Below are positions 19,854-30,179 of a stretch of 64,000 bases of DNA, piece after piece (position 1 is the stretch's first letter; each line of letters begins with the position of its first letter). Below the pieces are notes generated by a model. That model did not search any database, was not told the origin of the DNA, and saw only the letters and a list, made by a program, of their open reading frames with translations. The stretch is from Prolixibacteraceae bacterium (lineage in GTDB: Bacteria; Bacteroidota; Bacteroidia; Bacteroidales; Prolixibacteraceae). A program made the translations under genes and the position numbers. The stretch is from assembly GCA_019163175.1 (NCBI GenBank), contig JAFLKN010000021.1:161-64160 (forward strand), in the 5' to 3' direction.

Positions 19854-20759
19854 TTAATCTGTATTTCTGGAATGTAATTCAATATTTGAAGGCCGTTTGT
19901 GCTTCCAACGCCGATGTGACCACAGCCAGTACTCAGGCTCTGTTTGTATAATTTCTTCCAGTTTCTGAATGTAAGCCATTAAAATTTCTTCAGGTTTTAC
20001 TTCTGATGGATTTTCAATCAGCTTATAATGGAAAACCTCGTACTTGCTACGTCCAACTTTTCGTGTATGATGCAATACTACAGGTTGGTTGGTTTTAATG
20101 GCAATTTTCATGGGGCCTGCAAAAAAAGCAGTTTCCTGGTTCAAAAAAGTGGTCCAAAATTGCGAATTGGCAGGAGGAGTTTGGTCAGCAGCAAGGATTA
20201 ATGCACCTGGTCGTTTGGCATTATTGAATTCGAGTGCTGTCCGAACTGAATGATTAACAGGTATTGATTTTGCCCCAAATCGTTCGCGTGTATCCAGAAT
20301 GAATTTTTCGAGGGCTTTATTCTTTCTTACGGGATTATATACAACCAAATATTGTGCTTTTATATACTGTTGAATTGATCCGCTCCATTCCCAGTTGTTG
20401 TGATGCTGACCCAATAAAACGATGCTTTTACCCTGATTGTAATACTCCTCATAAATATCCAGATCGTGAACAATCAAGCGTTCGTCAATCTGCTTTTCGG
20501 TCATTTGATTAAACTTGATGGTTTCCAGTCCCAAATCACTCAAATGGTGGTAAAATTTCTTCGTGATCTTTCTGATTTCTTCCGGGCTTTTCTCAGGAAA
20601 GGAAAGTACAAGATTTTCGTGAACAACTTTGCGACGATACCTGGCGACATAATAAAGCAGAACGTAAAAAATATCAGCCATTCCCCAAATTACCCAAAAT
20701 GGTAAACGTGCAGTTAATTTGCACAAAAGAACAACAAGACGGTCAAGAATAGAGCTCAT
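19854..20759 (-). CDS. Lipid A biosynthesis acyltransferase (LpxL/HtrB family), copy 2
   Basis: QHHNNWEW, ADQTP, FLNQET, WLWSHRRWK. Confidence 0.88.
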   Translation of the reverse strand: MSSILDRLVVLLCKLTARLPFWVIWGMADIFYVLLYYVARYRRKVVHENLVLSFPEKSPEEIRKITKKFYHHLSDLGLETIKFNQMTEKQIDERLIVHDLDIYEEYYNQGKSIVLLGQHHNNWEWSGSIQQYIKAQYLVVYNPVRKNKALEKFILDTRERFGAKSIPVNHSVRTALEFNNAKRPGALILAADQTPPANSQFWTTFLNQETAFFAGPMKIAIKTNQPVVLHHTRKVGRSKYEVFHYKLIENPSEVKPEEILMAYIQKLEEIIQTEPEYWLWSHRRWKHKRPSNIELHSRNTD

Positions 20760-20781
20760 GTATTTTCAAAATTTGAAGCTG

Positions 20782-20789
20782 CAAATTTA
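20782..20789 (-). promoter_or_regulatory. Sigma-A -7 element (TAAATTTG) upstream of the acyltransferase pair
   Basis: Exact TAnnTTTG match on the minus strand. Confidence 0.55.
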
Positions 20790-20832
20790 ACTAAAAAGGC
20801 TTTGAAGCTCCATTATTTTATTTCGGTTAAAA

Positions 20833-21696
20833 CTAAAAGATGGGTCTGGCGATTATAATTCCGTTGTTTTTGGATTCAGGTTTTATGAAATCTGTAATTG
20901 GCCATTCCGAAACCAATACCTTTTTCCCACTTAGCGGTGCGTGAAGTAAATAAAGTTCGTTGCCTTTTTTGAGTATAATTCCCACATGATTTACATCAAC
21001 ACCATCAATACTGCTGGTAAGTGCTATAATATCACCATGTCTTAGGTTTTTATACAAGTTAGGAATGTTGTTCTTCGGAAAATACATAAATCCGGTTGCT
21101 GAAAGCTTCTTTTCCTGCTCGGCAATAGTCGGGATCAATTCAGGATGGTCTTTTAATACCGGATAACTTGCCGGGTGCGTACTCATATAATTGATCAGTT
21201 TATCTGATTTTACACCTTTTTTATTTACTGTTTCGTCGATTATACCTTTTGTGTGGTTATTATGCACCCATTCGCTGAAATAATGCAGGCGCGAAGGATA
21301 TTGATCACGAATTCCATCTCGGTATCTAAGTTGTTCGAGTTCAGAAATATATGATTCAAAATCCGTTTTCCCCAGTTTCACAGTTCGTGCCAAAGCCAAA
21401 CAGGATTCGGCAAAAGTAGTACAGTCCAGTTCGCGCAAATTAATCACCAGTTTCTCCTCCAATCCGTTTTCGAGCGATGCAACCACATAAGGTGTTTCCA
21501 GAAAAGACAAGCCAATTTCAACAATCAGATCAGATATGGGTAAGCCCGATTTTGAAACCAATAAATTCAGCTTTTTTTCTGCAATATGCTTATCATCATC
21601 GGTAAAGATGCATTGATTAAGATTAATGAGATGTTGCGCAAAGATGAAATTTGAACTTGTGATAAGAATGAGGAATAATATCAGATAATTTTTCAT
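20833..21696 (-). CDS. DUF1460 N-acetylmuramoyl-L-alanine amidase-like protein (NlpC/P60 fold)
   Basis: FLETPYVVASLE, LDCTTF (Cys), RLHYFSEW, VNHVG (His), LLHAP. Confidence 0.85.
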   Translation of the reverse strand: MKNYLILFLILITSSNFIFAQHLINLNQCIFTDDDKHIAEKKLNLLVSKSGLPISDLIVEIGLSFLETPYVVASLENGLEEKLVINLRELDCTTFAESCLALARTVKLGKTDFESYISELEQLRYRDGIRDQYPSRLHYFSEWVHNNHTKGIIDETVNKKGVKSDKLINYMSTHPASYPVLKDHPELIPTIAEQEKKLSATGFMYFPKNNIPNLYKNLRHGDIIALTSSIDGVDVNHVGIILKKGNELYLLHAPLSGKKVLVSEWPITDFIKPESKNNGIIIARPIF

Positions 21697-21982
21697 TTTG
21701 AATTTGTTTGAGACTGATAAAGTTAGAAAACTTTCTTCATTAGGTTATTTATTGGCCTAAGGATTCGGAATTCTGTAATTTAAAGGCGTAATCAGATCTT
21801 AATAAACTTGTTATAAAACATGTTTTTGTTAATTCTACCTCAAGTTAATGCGTTGTTTTAAGTCGGAAGGTATTATTATTCAGCCTACAAGCTTTCTTTT
21901 TAAGTTTCCAGAATGTTTTCTGAAATCATTTGTATCTACCTGAATATATGAGATTCTGACAAATGAAGCTTTCTAAAATTAG

Positions 21983-21990
21983 TATATTTG
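21983..21990 (+). promoter_or_regulatory. Sigma-A -7 element (TATATTTG) upstream of the C1 peptidase
   Basis: Exact TAnnTTTG match. Confidence 0.55.
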
Positions 21991-22028
21991 GCCTCAATAT
22001 TTAGGGGGTCTAATGTTAATAAATCTGT

Positions 22029-23237
22029 ATGCTTAAATTAAGAAATCTTCTCATCACCGCATTTGTGTTGGTATCTTTCGTTGTTTCAGCACAAGAAAAA
22101 AAGGAAGAAGAAAAAGAAAAGGGTTTTCAGTTTACTGCGATCAAAGAAATTCCATGTACACCAGTTAAAGATCAATACCGCTCCGGAACATGCTGGTCAT
22201 TTTCAGGATTGGGTTTTTTGGAAGCTGAAATGTTACGGATTGGAAAACCAATAGTCGATCTGTCTGAGATGTTTATCGTTCATCATACTTATTCAGACAA
22301 AGCTGTTAAATATGTGCGTTTGCACGGAAGTCTTAATTTTGGTGCCGGCGGAGCTTTTCACGATGTAACCAATGTTATAAAAAAATACGGCGTTGTTCCT
22401 GAAGAAGTATACAATGGATTGAATTACGGCGAAGAAAAACATGTTCACGGTGAACTCGACCGTACTTTGATAGATCAGGTAAAAGTTGTGGTTGATAATC
22501 CAAACAAAAAACTGACAACTGCCTGGCACGATGCTTTAGATGGAACTCTTGATAATTATCTGGGAATACTTCCCGAAAAGTTTAAATTTCAGGGTAAAGA
22601 TTATACTCCTCAAACGTTTGCTCAAGAGGTGGTAGGTCTTAATATGGACGACTATGTTGAAATATCTTCTTACACACATCATTCGTTCTATTCAAAATTT
22701 ATTATTGAAATACCCGACAACTGGTCATGGGACGAAGTTTACAATGTTCCGATGAGCGAATTGGAGGAGATTATCGACAATTCAATCAGCGCTGGTTATA
22801 CTGTGGCTTGGGCCGCTGATGTGAGCGAAAAAGGTTTTGCTACTTCACAAAAGGGAGTTGCCGTGATTCCTGCTGTCGATAAAGCAAATATGACTGATGC
22901 TGAAATCACCAAATGGGAAAAGCAAACCGAAAAGGAAAGAAACGAAGAACTCTATAAATTGTCGAAACCAAGTGCCGAAAAAGTAATTACTCAAGAAATG
23001 CGTCAGATCGATTTTGATAATTATCAGACTACTGACGATCATGGAATGTTGATTGTTGGCTCAGCTAAAGATCAAAACGGCAACCTGTATTATAAAGTAA
23101 AAAATTCGTGGGGCGACTATAATGATTACGATGGCTTCTTTTATGCTTCAAAACCGTATGTAAAGTATAAAACAATGTCCATTATGGTTCACAAAGATGC
23201 TATACCGAAAAACATCCGGAAGAAATTGAATCTTTAA
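22029..23237 (+). CDS. Aminopeptidase C (papain-like C1 family), secreted
   Basis: Signal peptide; QYRSGTCWSF (Gln/Cys), DDHGM (His), VKNSWG (Asn). Confidence 0.92.
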   Translation: MLKLRNLLITAFVLVSFVVSAQEKKEEEKEKGFQFTAIKEIPCTPVKDQYRSGTCWSFSGLGFLEAEMLRIGKPIVDLSEMFIVHHTYSDKAVKYVRLHGSLNFGAGGAFHDVTNVIKKYGVVPEEVYNGLNYGEEKHVHGELDRTLIDQVKVVVDNPNKKLTTAWHDALDGTLDNYLGILPEKFKFQGKDYTPQTFAQEVVGLNMDDYVEISSYTHHSFYSKFIIEIPDNWSWDEVYNVPMSELEEIIDNSISAGYTVAWAADVSEKGFATSQKGVAVIPAVDKANMTDAEITKWEKQTEKERNEELYKLSKPSAEKVITQEMRQIDFDNYQTTDDHGMLIVGSAKDQNGNLYYKVKNSWGDYNDYDGFFYASKPYVKYKTMSIMVHKDAIPKNIRKKLNL

Positions 23238-23242
23238 AATAC

Positions 23243-23269
23243 AAACCTCGTCAACCGGCGAGGTTTTTT
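23243..23269 (+). terminator. Rho-independent terminator after the C1 peptidase
   Basis: AAACCTCG-N8-CGAGGTTT followed by a T-run. Confidence 0.75.
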
Positions 23270-23315
23270 ATTTTAAATAAATCTGCCAATTAAAGTCCTT
23301 TTGTATATTTGGGCT

Positions 23316-24203
23316 ATGAGAAAACTTATCCTTTTTCTATGGCTGGCTATTCCATTGTTTAGCTTTTCCGAAGATTATATGTGGTGGAATATCAAGCATG
23401 GCTGGGAAACCGGAATGCCCGGCTGGCGAAGCTATATCCGGATTACGCCCGGATATCTTGGTCCCAATGCACTGCCAGTTCCAGAAGTGAAAAAAGGTGT
23501 TGTACCTTCGGGTGCAAACTTCGAGTTTGGTACTGATTTGCATTTTCGTGAAGGTGATCCGACGCAGGATATTTTTGCCAAATACTACCGCTCTTTTGCT
23601 GAGAATAAAATTGCCATTGAAATATTTGGTGTTGTGGCAGAGCATTATTCTATGTCGGAATTTACACGCGACGAAAGATTTGCAAGGGATTTTGACGGAA
23701 AAGGATTTGCTGTTGGAGACTTGTATTTTTCAACCTTGATTCAATTGGTAAAGGGCCGAAAATTTCCGGATACCATGGTTCGTATGGCTGGCAGAACTGC
23801 TTCCGGAGGGCAACTGGAAGGAGCAAGGTATACTGATAGTCCGGGCTATTATTTTGATTTTAGCTTTTCAAAAGAATATCAGGGCACCAAAGAAAATCGC
23901 TCCTTTTTACCTTTTGCTTCCTTCGGCTTTTATTCCTGGCAGACCAACGATCTCGCCAATTTGCAAAACGACGCTTTTATGTATGCCTTAGGTGCAGACT
24001 TGAAATGGTCAAAATGGTCGGTTTCCAATTCACTGTCGGGTTATTCAGGCTATAAAAAGGAGAGGGACAAGCCTATGCTCTATACTTTTGATGTAAAGCA
24101 TCGGCTAAAAAATAAAACAATCAGGTTGCAGTATTTGCATGGCTTACGCGATTGGACTTATCGGACAGTTAAACTTTCGCTGATTTTTGATCTAAAAAAA
24201 TAG
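23316..24203 (+). CDS. Hypothetical exported protein, possible outer-membrane beta-barrel
   Basis: Signal peptide MRKLILFLWLAIPLFSFS; alternating aromatic beta-strands. TATATTTG at 23304-23311 supports the ATG at 23316. Confidence 0.7.
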   Translation: MRKLILFLWLAIPLFSFSEDYMWWNIKHGWETGMPGWRSYIRITPGYLGPNALPVPEVKKGVVPSGANFEFGTDLHFREGDPTQDIFAKYYRSFAENKIAIEIFGVVAEHYSMSEFTRDERFARDFDGKGFAVGDLYFSTLIQLVKGRKFPDTMVRMAGRTASGGQLEGARYTDSPGYYFDFSFSKEYQGTKENRSFLPFASFGFYSWQTNDLANLQNDAFMYALGADLKWSKWSVSNSLSGYSGYKKERDKPMLYTFDVKHRLKNKTIRLQYLHGLRDWTYRTVKLSLIFDLKK

Positions 24204-24205
24204 GA

Positions 24206-27200
24206 TTACTCTTTGTCGTTAGCCGGCTGTTCCTGCTTGTTTTCCTTTATGCCAAGTGTGTTTCGAATGCCACTGAAAACAGATTTCCACCAGTAATTCA
24301 GAACTGATCGTTTTTCATCCCGCCGGAAGTTTATTTCGTCTGGAAGCAATTCTTTTCCTCTCGGATTTTTTGACCGAAGCAATAAACTGTTGGCTAAGAA
24401 ACTGGCAAATTTGGATTCCTTCGTATTTCCGTTTTTCTTTTCCAATACAGCAATCTTCATATCATTGTATCCAAATAGCAGGTGGCCATTTGCGTTGGTT
24501 TGATTTGCCGAGAATGTAAATTGAAAACGGTCAACCTTTCCTGAACGTATCGAAACAGAAGCCAGTGGCTCCAATACCGGATTCAGTATGCGCATATTAA
24601 ACGGACTTAGACTTCCACTAACGCTAAAAATATTGTCAGGACTATTCATCTGGTAGTTCATAGTAGTGCTCAACTGGCACGAGTCCATAATTGTCAAAGC
24701 TCCGGTTAATGTAAAATCTGGAATTTTACCAGTAGCCAATTTCGCGTTGGTAAAAGGTTTTAGCACAGATTGAATCTTCGAAAATCTGATTTGCCCTTCG
24801 GCATCACCAGAAGCTGGTTGTTCAAAGTAGGTTACGTTTGAATTAACCAGTTTGAACGAATCGAGAGTAAATGGATATTTAATGGACTTTAACAAATCTT
24901 GAAGCATTTTGGGGCGCCTTTTTTCGTCGAAAGTTAATCGTTTGTCGCGGTAAATATCCATATGTAATCCGCTAACCAACATGTATTTTCCATTCAATAT
25001 TTCTTTTTCAAACCATTGCCTGATATTCGGTTGATGAATTAAAACGGAATCAATATTTCCCTTGAAATAATCGGATTGAAAACCTACTTGCTTTTGGTGT
25101 TTTTCTCTAGTGAAATTAGGCGTAATCTGAATGTCCTTAACCAAAAAACGATTGGAAGATGAGGAATAAGATGCGTTGGCAATAGAATATTGATAAAGCT
25201 TTTCTTTTCGAACAATTTGAGGGATCTGAAATGAAAAATCGGAGGAATGCATGAACCCTTGCGTTGGTTTATTATCTATTCTGACATTGAAAAGATTGAA
25301 GCTGATTGTTTCCTGCAACTTCTTCTGTCCACTCTTAAAAATAGCAATATTAGCATCTTTTACATTGAGCGATTTAGAAGCAAAAACATTGGCAAAGCTT
25401 TCGAAATGAGGATAAAGATTCAGTTTAAAAGGATTAATCCTGAACGAATCCTTGGCGTTATTAAAAAGTTGAAAGGCTGGCTTATTGACTTCAATGGATT
25501 CGAAGAAAAATTGATCGTTCCGGTAAGCCGCGTCCATATCGAATCCATTAATCGAAAGTAGGGGAATGCGCAACTCAAACTGATCTTGCTTCGTGCTTTT
25601 TGTTTTTGGTTTTAAAACAAGTTGCTTGACCAATATTCTTTTGTCAATCGTTGAAAAAGTTAATTCATCAATGCTAAATTCCTGATTTTTGTCTTTGGGT
25701 GTAAATTTAAACTGCAGCAAATTCGATACGTAATTTCCACTTTTGAATTCTGTTTTTCCTTCCTGCTGATTTCTTAGCATTACGATATCTTGTGCATCCA
25801 TTTTCAGGTCTGACTGAACCAATAAGTAGGGTTGTGCTGAAATTTCTGAAAATACTTTCAGTGAACCATCATTTAATTTAAATTCCCTGATTGCTATTGA
25901 TTCAATTTCTTTTGGCAACGGAACAGTCATTTCCTTAATTTCTTTTACATCTTCTTTTTTGCGCTTCTGATAGAGCTTTATATCTGGTGACGTAATCAGA
26001 ACCTGATCAGCCTCAATTTTGTGGTTAAAATACAATTCTTCAATGTTTATACCCTTAATCCGGATCTCCGGAACTGCAAGCTGAATGTTCCAAATGGAAG
26101 ATAAATCTCTGCTGTTGGTTTCAGGATAAAGTTTTGAATTGAGCGCAAAAATCTCTTTTCTTCGCGTTGAAAATCCGATTTCACCAGCTTTAAAAACATG
26201 GATATTGTCAGACAGCCTGATGAGGTGATCGCGCACGGAAAAGTCGACAAATTCGGAAAAAAGAAGTTTGTGTCGCCCGAATTGGTCTTTGTTTACCAAC
26301 GTATTATCGAGTCCCAAACTGAAATGATTGTCGAGGGAAATTGTTTTGCCATTTCGGCTGTGATTAATTAAGCGAATAGTCCCATCCGGAATGTCAACCT
26401 TATTTAAATAAATGTCGCCAAGATAGTTGGATAAAAGTTGAAACAGGTCTTCGAATTCAACCTTGGGTTCATCGGATTTTAGGAAAGCAAAATTCTCATA
26501 ATAAATCTGGGGAGTTTTTATTCTCAGCGTATCAACAGATAATTTCTTGTTATAAAAAGCTTCATGGAAATCTACATCAGTTAAGGTGAGTTCCGGAATG
26601 GTAAACTCATACAATTCAGATCGGTTATATTGTTTTAATATATCCTGAATGTTGGTGTTTGAAACCGGAGACAAATGCAGATTTTGAACTTGTGCTATTT
26701 TCCTCCGACTCGAAATGGATACATTTTCGATACTTAATTTGTGTAGCTGATCGACCAACTGCATTTGGTAATTGCTGAAATTCAATTCAATCTGGTTGGC
26801 AAAAAACAAACGGTCAGTCTTTTTTGCACTTATTTCGTCCAATGCAAATCCATTTAAATTTAATTTGACTGTTGATTCTATGTTTCCAGTTTGTAGGGTA
26901 CCTGTCTTATTTACCAGCTGAACTTTACCTTTTTGAACCGAAACCTGGCTGGAATAAATGCCCTTTGCATAGCTTGATATCAGATTATAAACGAAACTCG
27001 GATTTTCAGGTTCCTCCTTTTTAACCCATATCTCATTTTGAGTAAGCTTAAATTCAGGATTAAACAAATTGATCCGCTGAAATATGAATCGCTTTTGATG
27101 GTATGCTTTTTTAAAATTGAAAAAATCCAGTCGCACACTATCACAGCTGGCATCAATGGTATTTTTTTCATTTGCAAGATTATTACCCGACTGCAAAGGA

Positions 27201-28513
27201 TATATCTGTATGTTTTTTACGAGAACCGATTTCCGGTGTGTTGAAAGGTCCAAATTACCAACTCTGACGCGATGAACATTATCTCCCAAAGTCAGTTCGT
27301 ATTCTGATGCCGAAAAATCGATGTTTTTTGAATAAAAAATACGACTGGTGTCTTGTAGGGAAAGCGAATCCAGGAGAAAATTTTCGAGATTAATATTAAT
27401 ATTTTTTAATTCCTGATATCCGGTCTGATCGGTTTGTGTTTTAAATAATGTCAATTGTGCATTATTCAGCTTGAAATTGTGAATACTCACACTCGGAAAT
27501 TCCTTTTTGATTAACTCATACAAATCAAATTCATCAATCGATTCCAGTATTTTCCGGTTTCGTTTCAGTCCTGGCCAGTATTTAATCTGTGCTCCGGATA
27601 AAATCAACGAGTCGATTGGGATTTCTTCATTTTTGTAAAACTCGTGAATTTGGCTGCTGGTCATTTTCGTTTGTGGAACAAAAATAGAATAGCGGCTCTT
27701 TTCAGTATTTGTATTGTTAATGGGTTTAAGATTAATATTTTGGGCTTCTATTTGCGACCGTTTCAATGAGTAGGTTACCACTTCCGCGCTTAGGGTATGA
27801 ATGCTGTCAGCAAGTTTGTTCTGATAATTTTGCATGCGGAGATAAATATCTTCGGCATCAAACAAGCGATCTGGATTGGGCAGTAGCAGTGAGTCTGTGT
27901 AAAACTTCAGAATGCCAATCGTTATATTTTCAGCATTCGACAGCTTTTTTGAATCGCCAACCAGATTGTAAAAATCAAAACTGGCGTTTGCTAACTCGAT
28001 TTTGTTGATTTTTATCGATTTAAACTTTTTGGTAACCAATGGTTTTAGTTCCAGAAATAGTGTGCTGATGGTATTCTTTTTATCGACACTTGCACTATGT
28101 TTTCCATGAATATTTAGCTCAGGCTGACTGATCAGGATTTCTCCAATCTCGAGATTTTTATTTATAGCCAGTTGCAAAAGTCCAATTCCGCCAAGTTGCA
28201 CATTGGGCGAATAAAACGAATAAAATTGCTGTTTGATCGTGTCGGTCTCATTTAAAGTCCGGATAACAGAATCAGAGGGGTGAAACGAAACCTGACTAAT
28301 TTCAAAGCCCCATTTGTTAAAGTTGATCTCCAGATTTTCGAATGTCAGCTCATATTTTCCTTTCGATTTTTTTGAGACAAAATCAGATAGATTTTTATTC
28401 AGATAAGTCTGCGCTTCAAAATAAACCAACGTAAGTGCAGCCAGCACAAATATTATAAGTGTTGAAAGAATTACTATTGAGAGTTTTGCTATTTTTTTAC
28501 CCAGCAGAGTCAT
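24206..28513 (-). CDS. Very large AsmA/DUF748-like envelope protein
   Basis: 1435 aa; single N-terminal TM; all-beta repeats; C-terminal RDEKRSVLNYWWKSVFSGIR tail typical of Bacteroidota AsmA-like proteins. Confidence 0.7.
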   Translation of the reverse strand: MTLLGKKIAKLSIVILSTLIIFVLAALTLVYFEAQTYLNKNLSDFVSKKSKGKYELTFENLEINFNKWGFEISQVSFHPSDSVIRTLNETDTIKQQFYSFYSPNVQLGGIGLLQLAINKNLEIGEILISQPELNIHGKHSASVDKKNTISTLFLELKPLVTKKFKSIKINKIELANASFDFYNLVGDSKKLSNAENITIGILKFYTDSLLLPNPDRLFDAEDIYLRMQNYQNKLADSIHTLSAEVVTYSLKRSQIEAQNINLKPINNTNTEKSRYSIFVPQTKMTSSQIHEFYKNEEIPIDSLILSGAQIKYWPGLKRNRKILESIDEFDLYELIKKEFPSVSIHNFKLNNAQLTLFKTQTDQTGYQELKNININLENFLLDSLSLQDTSRIFYSKNIDFSASEYELTLGDNVHRVRVGNLDLSTHRKSVLVKNIQIYPLQSGNNLANEKNTIDASCDSVRLDFFNFKKAYHQKRFIFQRINLFNPEFKLTQNEIWVKKEEPENPSFVYNLISSYAKGIYSSQVSVQKGKVQLVNKTGTLQTGNIESTVKLNLNGFALDEISAKKTDRLFFANQIELNFSNYQMQLVDQLHKLSIENVSISSRRKIAQVQNLHLSPVSNTNIQDILKQYNRSELYEFTIPELTLTDVDFHEAFYNKKLSVDTLRIKTPQIYYENFAFLKSDEPKVEFEDLFQLLSNYLGDIYLNKVDIPDGTIRLINHSRNGKTISLDNHFSLGLDNTLVNKDQFGRHKLLFSEFVDFSVRDHLIRLSDNIHVFKAGEIGFSTRRKEIFALNSKLYPETNSRDLSSIWNIQLAVPEIRIKGINIEELYFNHKIEADQVLITSPDIKLYQKRKKEDVKEIKEMTVPLPKEIESIAIREFKLNDGSLKVFSEISAQPYLLVQSDLKMDAQDIVMLRNQQEGKTEFKSGNYVSNLLQFKFTPKDKNQEFSIDELTFSTIDKRILVKQLVLKPKTKSTKQDQFELRIPLLSINGFDMDAAYRNDQFFFESIEVNKPAFQLFNNAKDSFRINPFKLNLYPHFESFANVFASKSLNVKDANIAIFKSGQKKLQETISFNLFNVRIDNKPTQGFMHSSDFSFQIPQIVRKEKLYQYSIANASYSSSSNRFLVKDIQITPNFTREKHQKQVGFQSDYFKGNIDSVLIHQPNIRQWFEKEILNGKYMLVSGLHMDIYRDKRLTFDEKRRPKMLQDLLKSIKYPFTLDSFKLVNSNVTYFEQPASGDAEGQIRFSKIQSVLKPFTNAKLATGKIPDFTLTGALTIMDSCQLSTTMNYQMNSPDNIFSVSGSLSPFNMRILNPVLEPLASVSIRSGKVDRFQFTFSANQTNANGHLLFGYNDMKIAVLEKKNGNTKESKFASFLANSLLLRSKNPRGKELLPDEINFRRDEKRSVLNYWWKSVFSGIRNTLGIKENKQEQPANDKE

Positions 28514-28658
28514 TCGCTTTTATATTTTCATTTGTGCCTGATTCAGACCAAATTTATTTTCCTGAAATCAACATTCTATATAGACCTTAATATTATGAAA
28601 AAAGTTGCTTTAATCGAAAAATAAAATAGAATTGAAGGCTTGTAATTTTGATGAAATT

Positions 28659-28707
28659 AAAGGCGGTAAACAGCATTTAAATAAATCAAATGCCATTTAC
28701 CGCCTTT
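28659..28707 (-). terminator. Hairpin terminator downstream of rocD
   Basis: AAAGGCGGTAAA...TTTACCGCCTTT arms with an inner GCATTT/AAATGC stem. Confidence 0.6.
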
Positions 28708-28741
28708 TGCTTGACCCTTTTTGACAGAATCTGATTATTTC

Positions 28742-29965
28742 TTATGCCCCGAGTTCTGAAAAAGTCTTTTCTATAATATCAAGAGCAGCCAAAATCTGTT
28801 CTTCATTAATAATGAGTGGGGGAGTAAAACGAATAATATGATCGTGGGTTGGTTTTGCCAACAATCCATTGTTTTTCAAAGCAATACAAACATCCCAGGC
28901 ACTTATTCCGTTAACTGACTTAATAACTACTGCATTCAATAATCCCTTTCCGCGAACAATTTCAATCAAATTCGAGTCAATTGATTTTAATCTCTTTCTG
29001 AATATTTTGCCCATCTTTTCTGCATTCTCTGCCAGATTTTCTTCCAGGATTACATTCATTGCAGCAATAGCAACTTTGGCTGCAATCGGATTTCCGCCGT
29101 AGGTCGATCCGTGTTCGCCGGGTTTAATTGTCAGCATAATTTCATCGTCGGCCAACACACAGGAAACAGGCAACATGCCACCAGAAATTGCTTTTCCGAG
29201 TACCAAAATGTCGGGTCTTATACCTTCGTGATCGCAGGCCAACATTTTACCGGTGCGGGCAAGTCCTGTCTGCACTTCGTCTGCTACGAACAAAACATTT
29301 TTCTTCTTGCAGAGCTCAAAAGCTTTCCGCAAATAACCATCTTCCGGCACATAGACTCCAGCCTCAGCCTGAATGGGTTCAACTAAAAAGCCTGCTACAT
29401 TGGGGTCTTCAAGTGCTTTCTCCAGCGCATCCATATCATTGTACGGAATATTAATAAATCCGGGAGTATAGGGACCGTAATCATTGTACGAATCGGGATC
29501 AGAAGACATGGAGATGATCGTAATGGTTCGTCCATGGAAGTTGCCATTGCACACTATAATTTTGGCTTCAGTTTTTGGTACCCCTTTTACTTTATAAGCC
29601 CATTTGCGAATCAGTTTCAGTGCTGTTTCGTCAGCCTCAGCGCCTGAATTCATAGGGAGCATTTTGTCATAGCCAAATAATTTGGTCATATACTCTTCCC
29701 ATTCGCCCAACACATTGTTGTAGAAGGCTCTTGATGTCAAAGCAAGTTTCTGAGCCTGATCTATAAGTGCTTTTACAATTTTTGGATGGCAATGCCCCTG
29801 ATTGACTGCTGAATAAGCAGATAAAAAGTCAAAATATTTCTTTCCTTCAACGTCCCATACATAAATCCCTTCACCTCGTTCCAATACAACTGGTATCGGG
29901 TGATAATTATGAGCTCCGAATTGGGATTCACGATCCATGTAGTTTTTGGCTGACAATACGTTCAT
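28742..29965 (-). CDS. rocD: Ornithine--oxo-acid aminotransferase
   Basis: [69 protein letters not shown]. Confidence 0.95.
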   Translation of the reverse strand: MNVLSAKNYMDRESQFGAHNYHPIPVVLERGEGIYVWDVEGKKYFDFLSAYSAVNQGHCHPKIVKALIDQAQKLALTSRAFYNNVLGEWEEYMTKLFGYDKMLPMNSGAEADETALKLIRKWAYKVKGVPKTEAKIIVCNGNFHGRTITIISMSSDPDSYNDYGPYTPGFINIPYNDMDALEKALEDPNVAGFLVEPIQAEAGVYVPEDGYLRKAFELCKKKNVLFVADEVQTGLARTGKMLACDHEGIRPDILVLGKAISGGMLPVSCVLADDEIMLTIKPGEHGSTYGGNPIAAKVAIAAMNVILEENLAENAEKMGKIFRKRLKSIDSNLIEIVRGKGLLNAVVIKSVNGISAWDVCIALKNNGLLAKPTHDHIIRFTPPLIINEEQILAALDIIEKTFSELGA

Positions 29966-30140
29966 CGTTTTGAATTTTAAGTTATTGAACTACAGAATTA
30001 GGTATATTTTAAGCTATTTCAAATGATTTTAATCTGTTATTAAATATTGAAACATTTATATGTAATTTTTTTCTGTGTCAATTCAATTTACAGAAACCAA
30101 TTGAGCTTTTTTTCTGACACAAATTCGGGTTAAAAAGTAT

Positions 30141-30148
30141 TATATTTG
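30141..30148 (+). promoter_or_regulatory. Sigma-A -7 element (TATATTTG)
   Basis: Exact TAnnTTTG match upstream of the ATG at 30180. Confidence 0.55.
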
Positions 30149-30179
30149 CGCACAATACCACAACTTTTGATAAAGTTTT

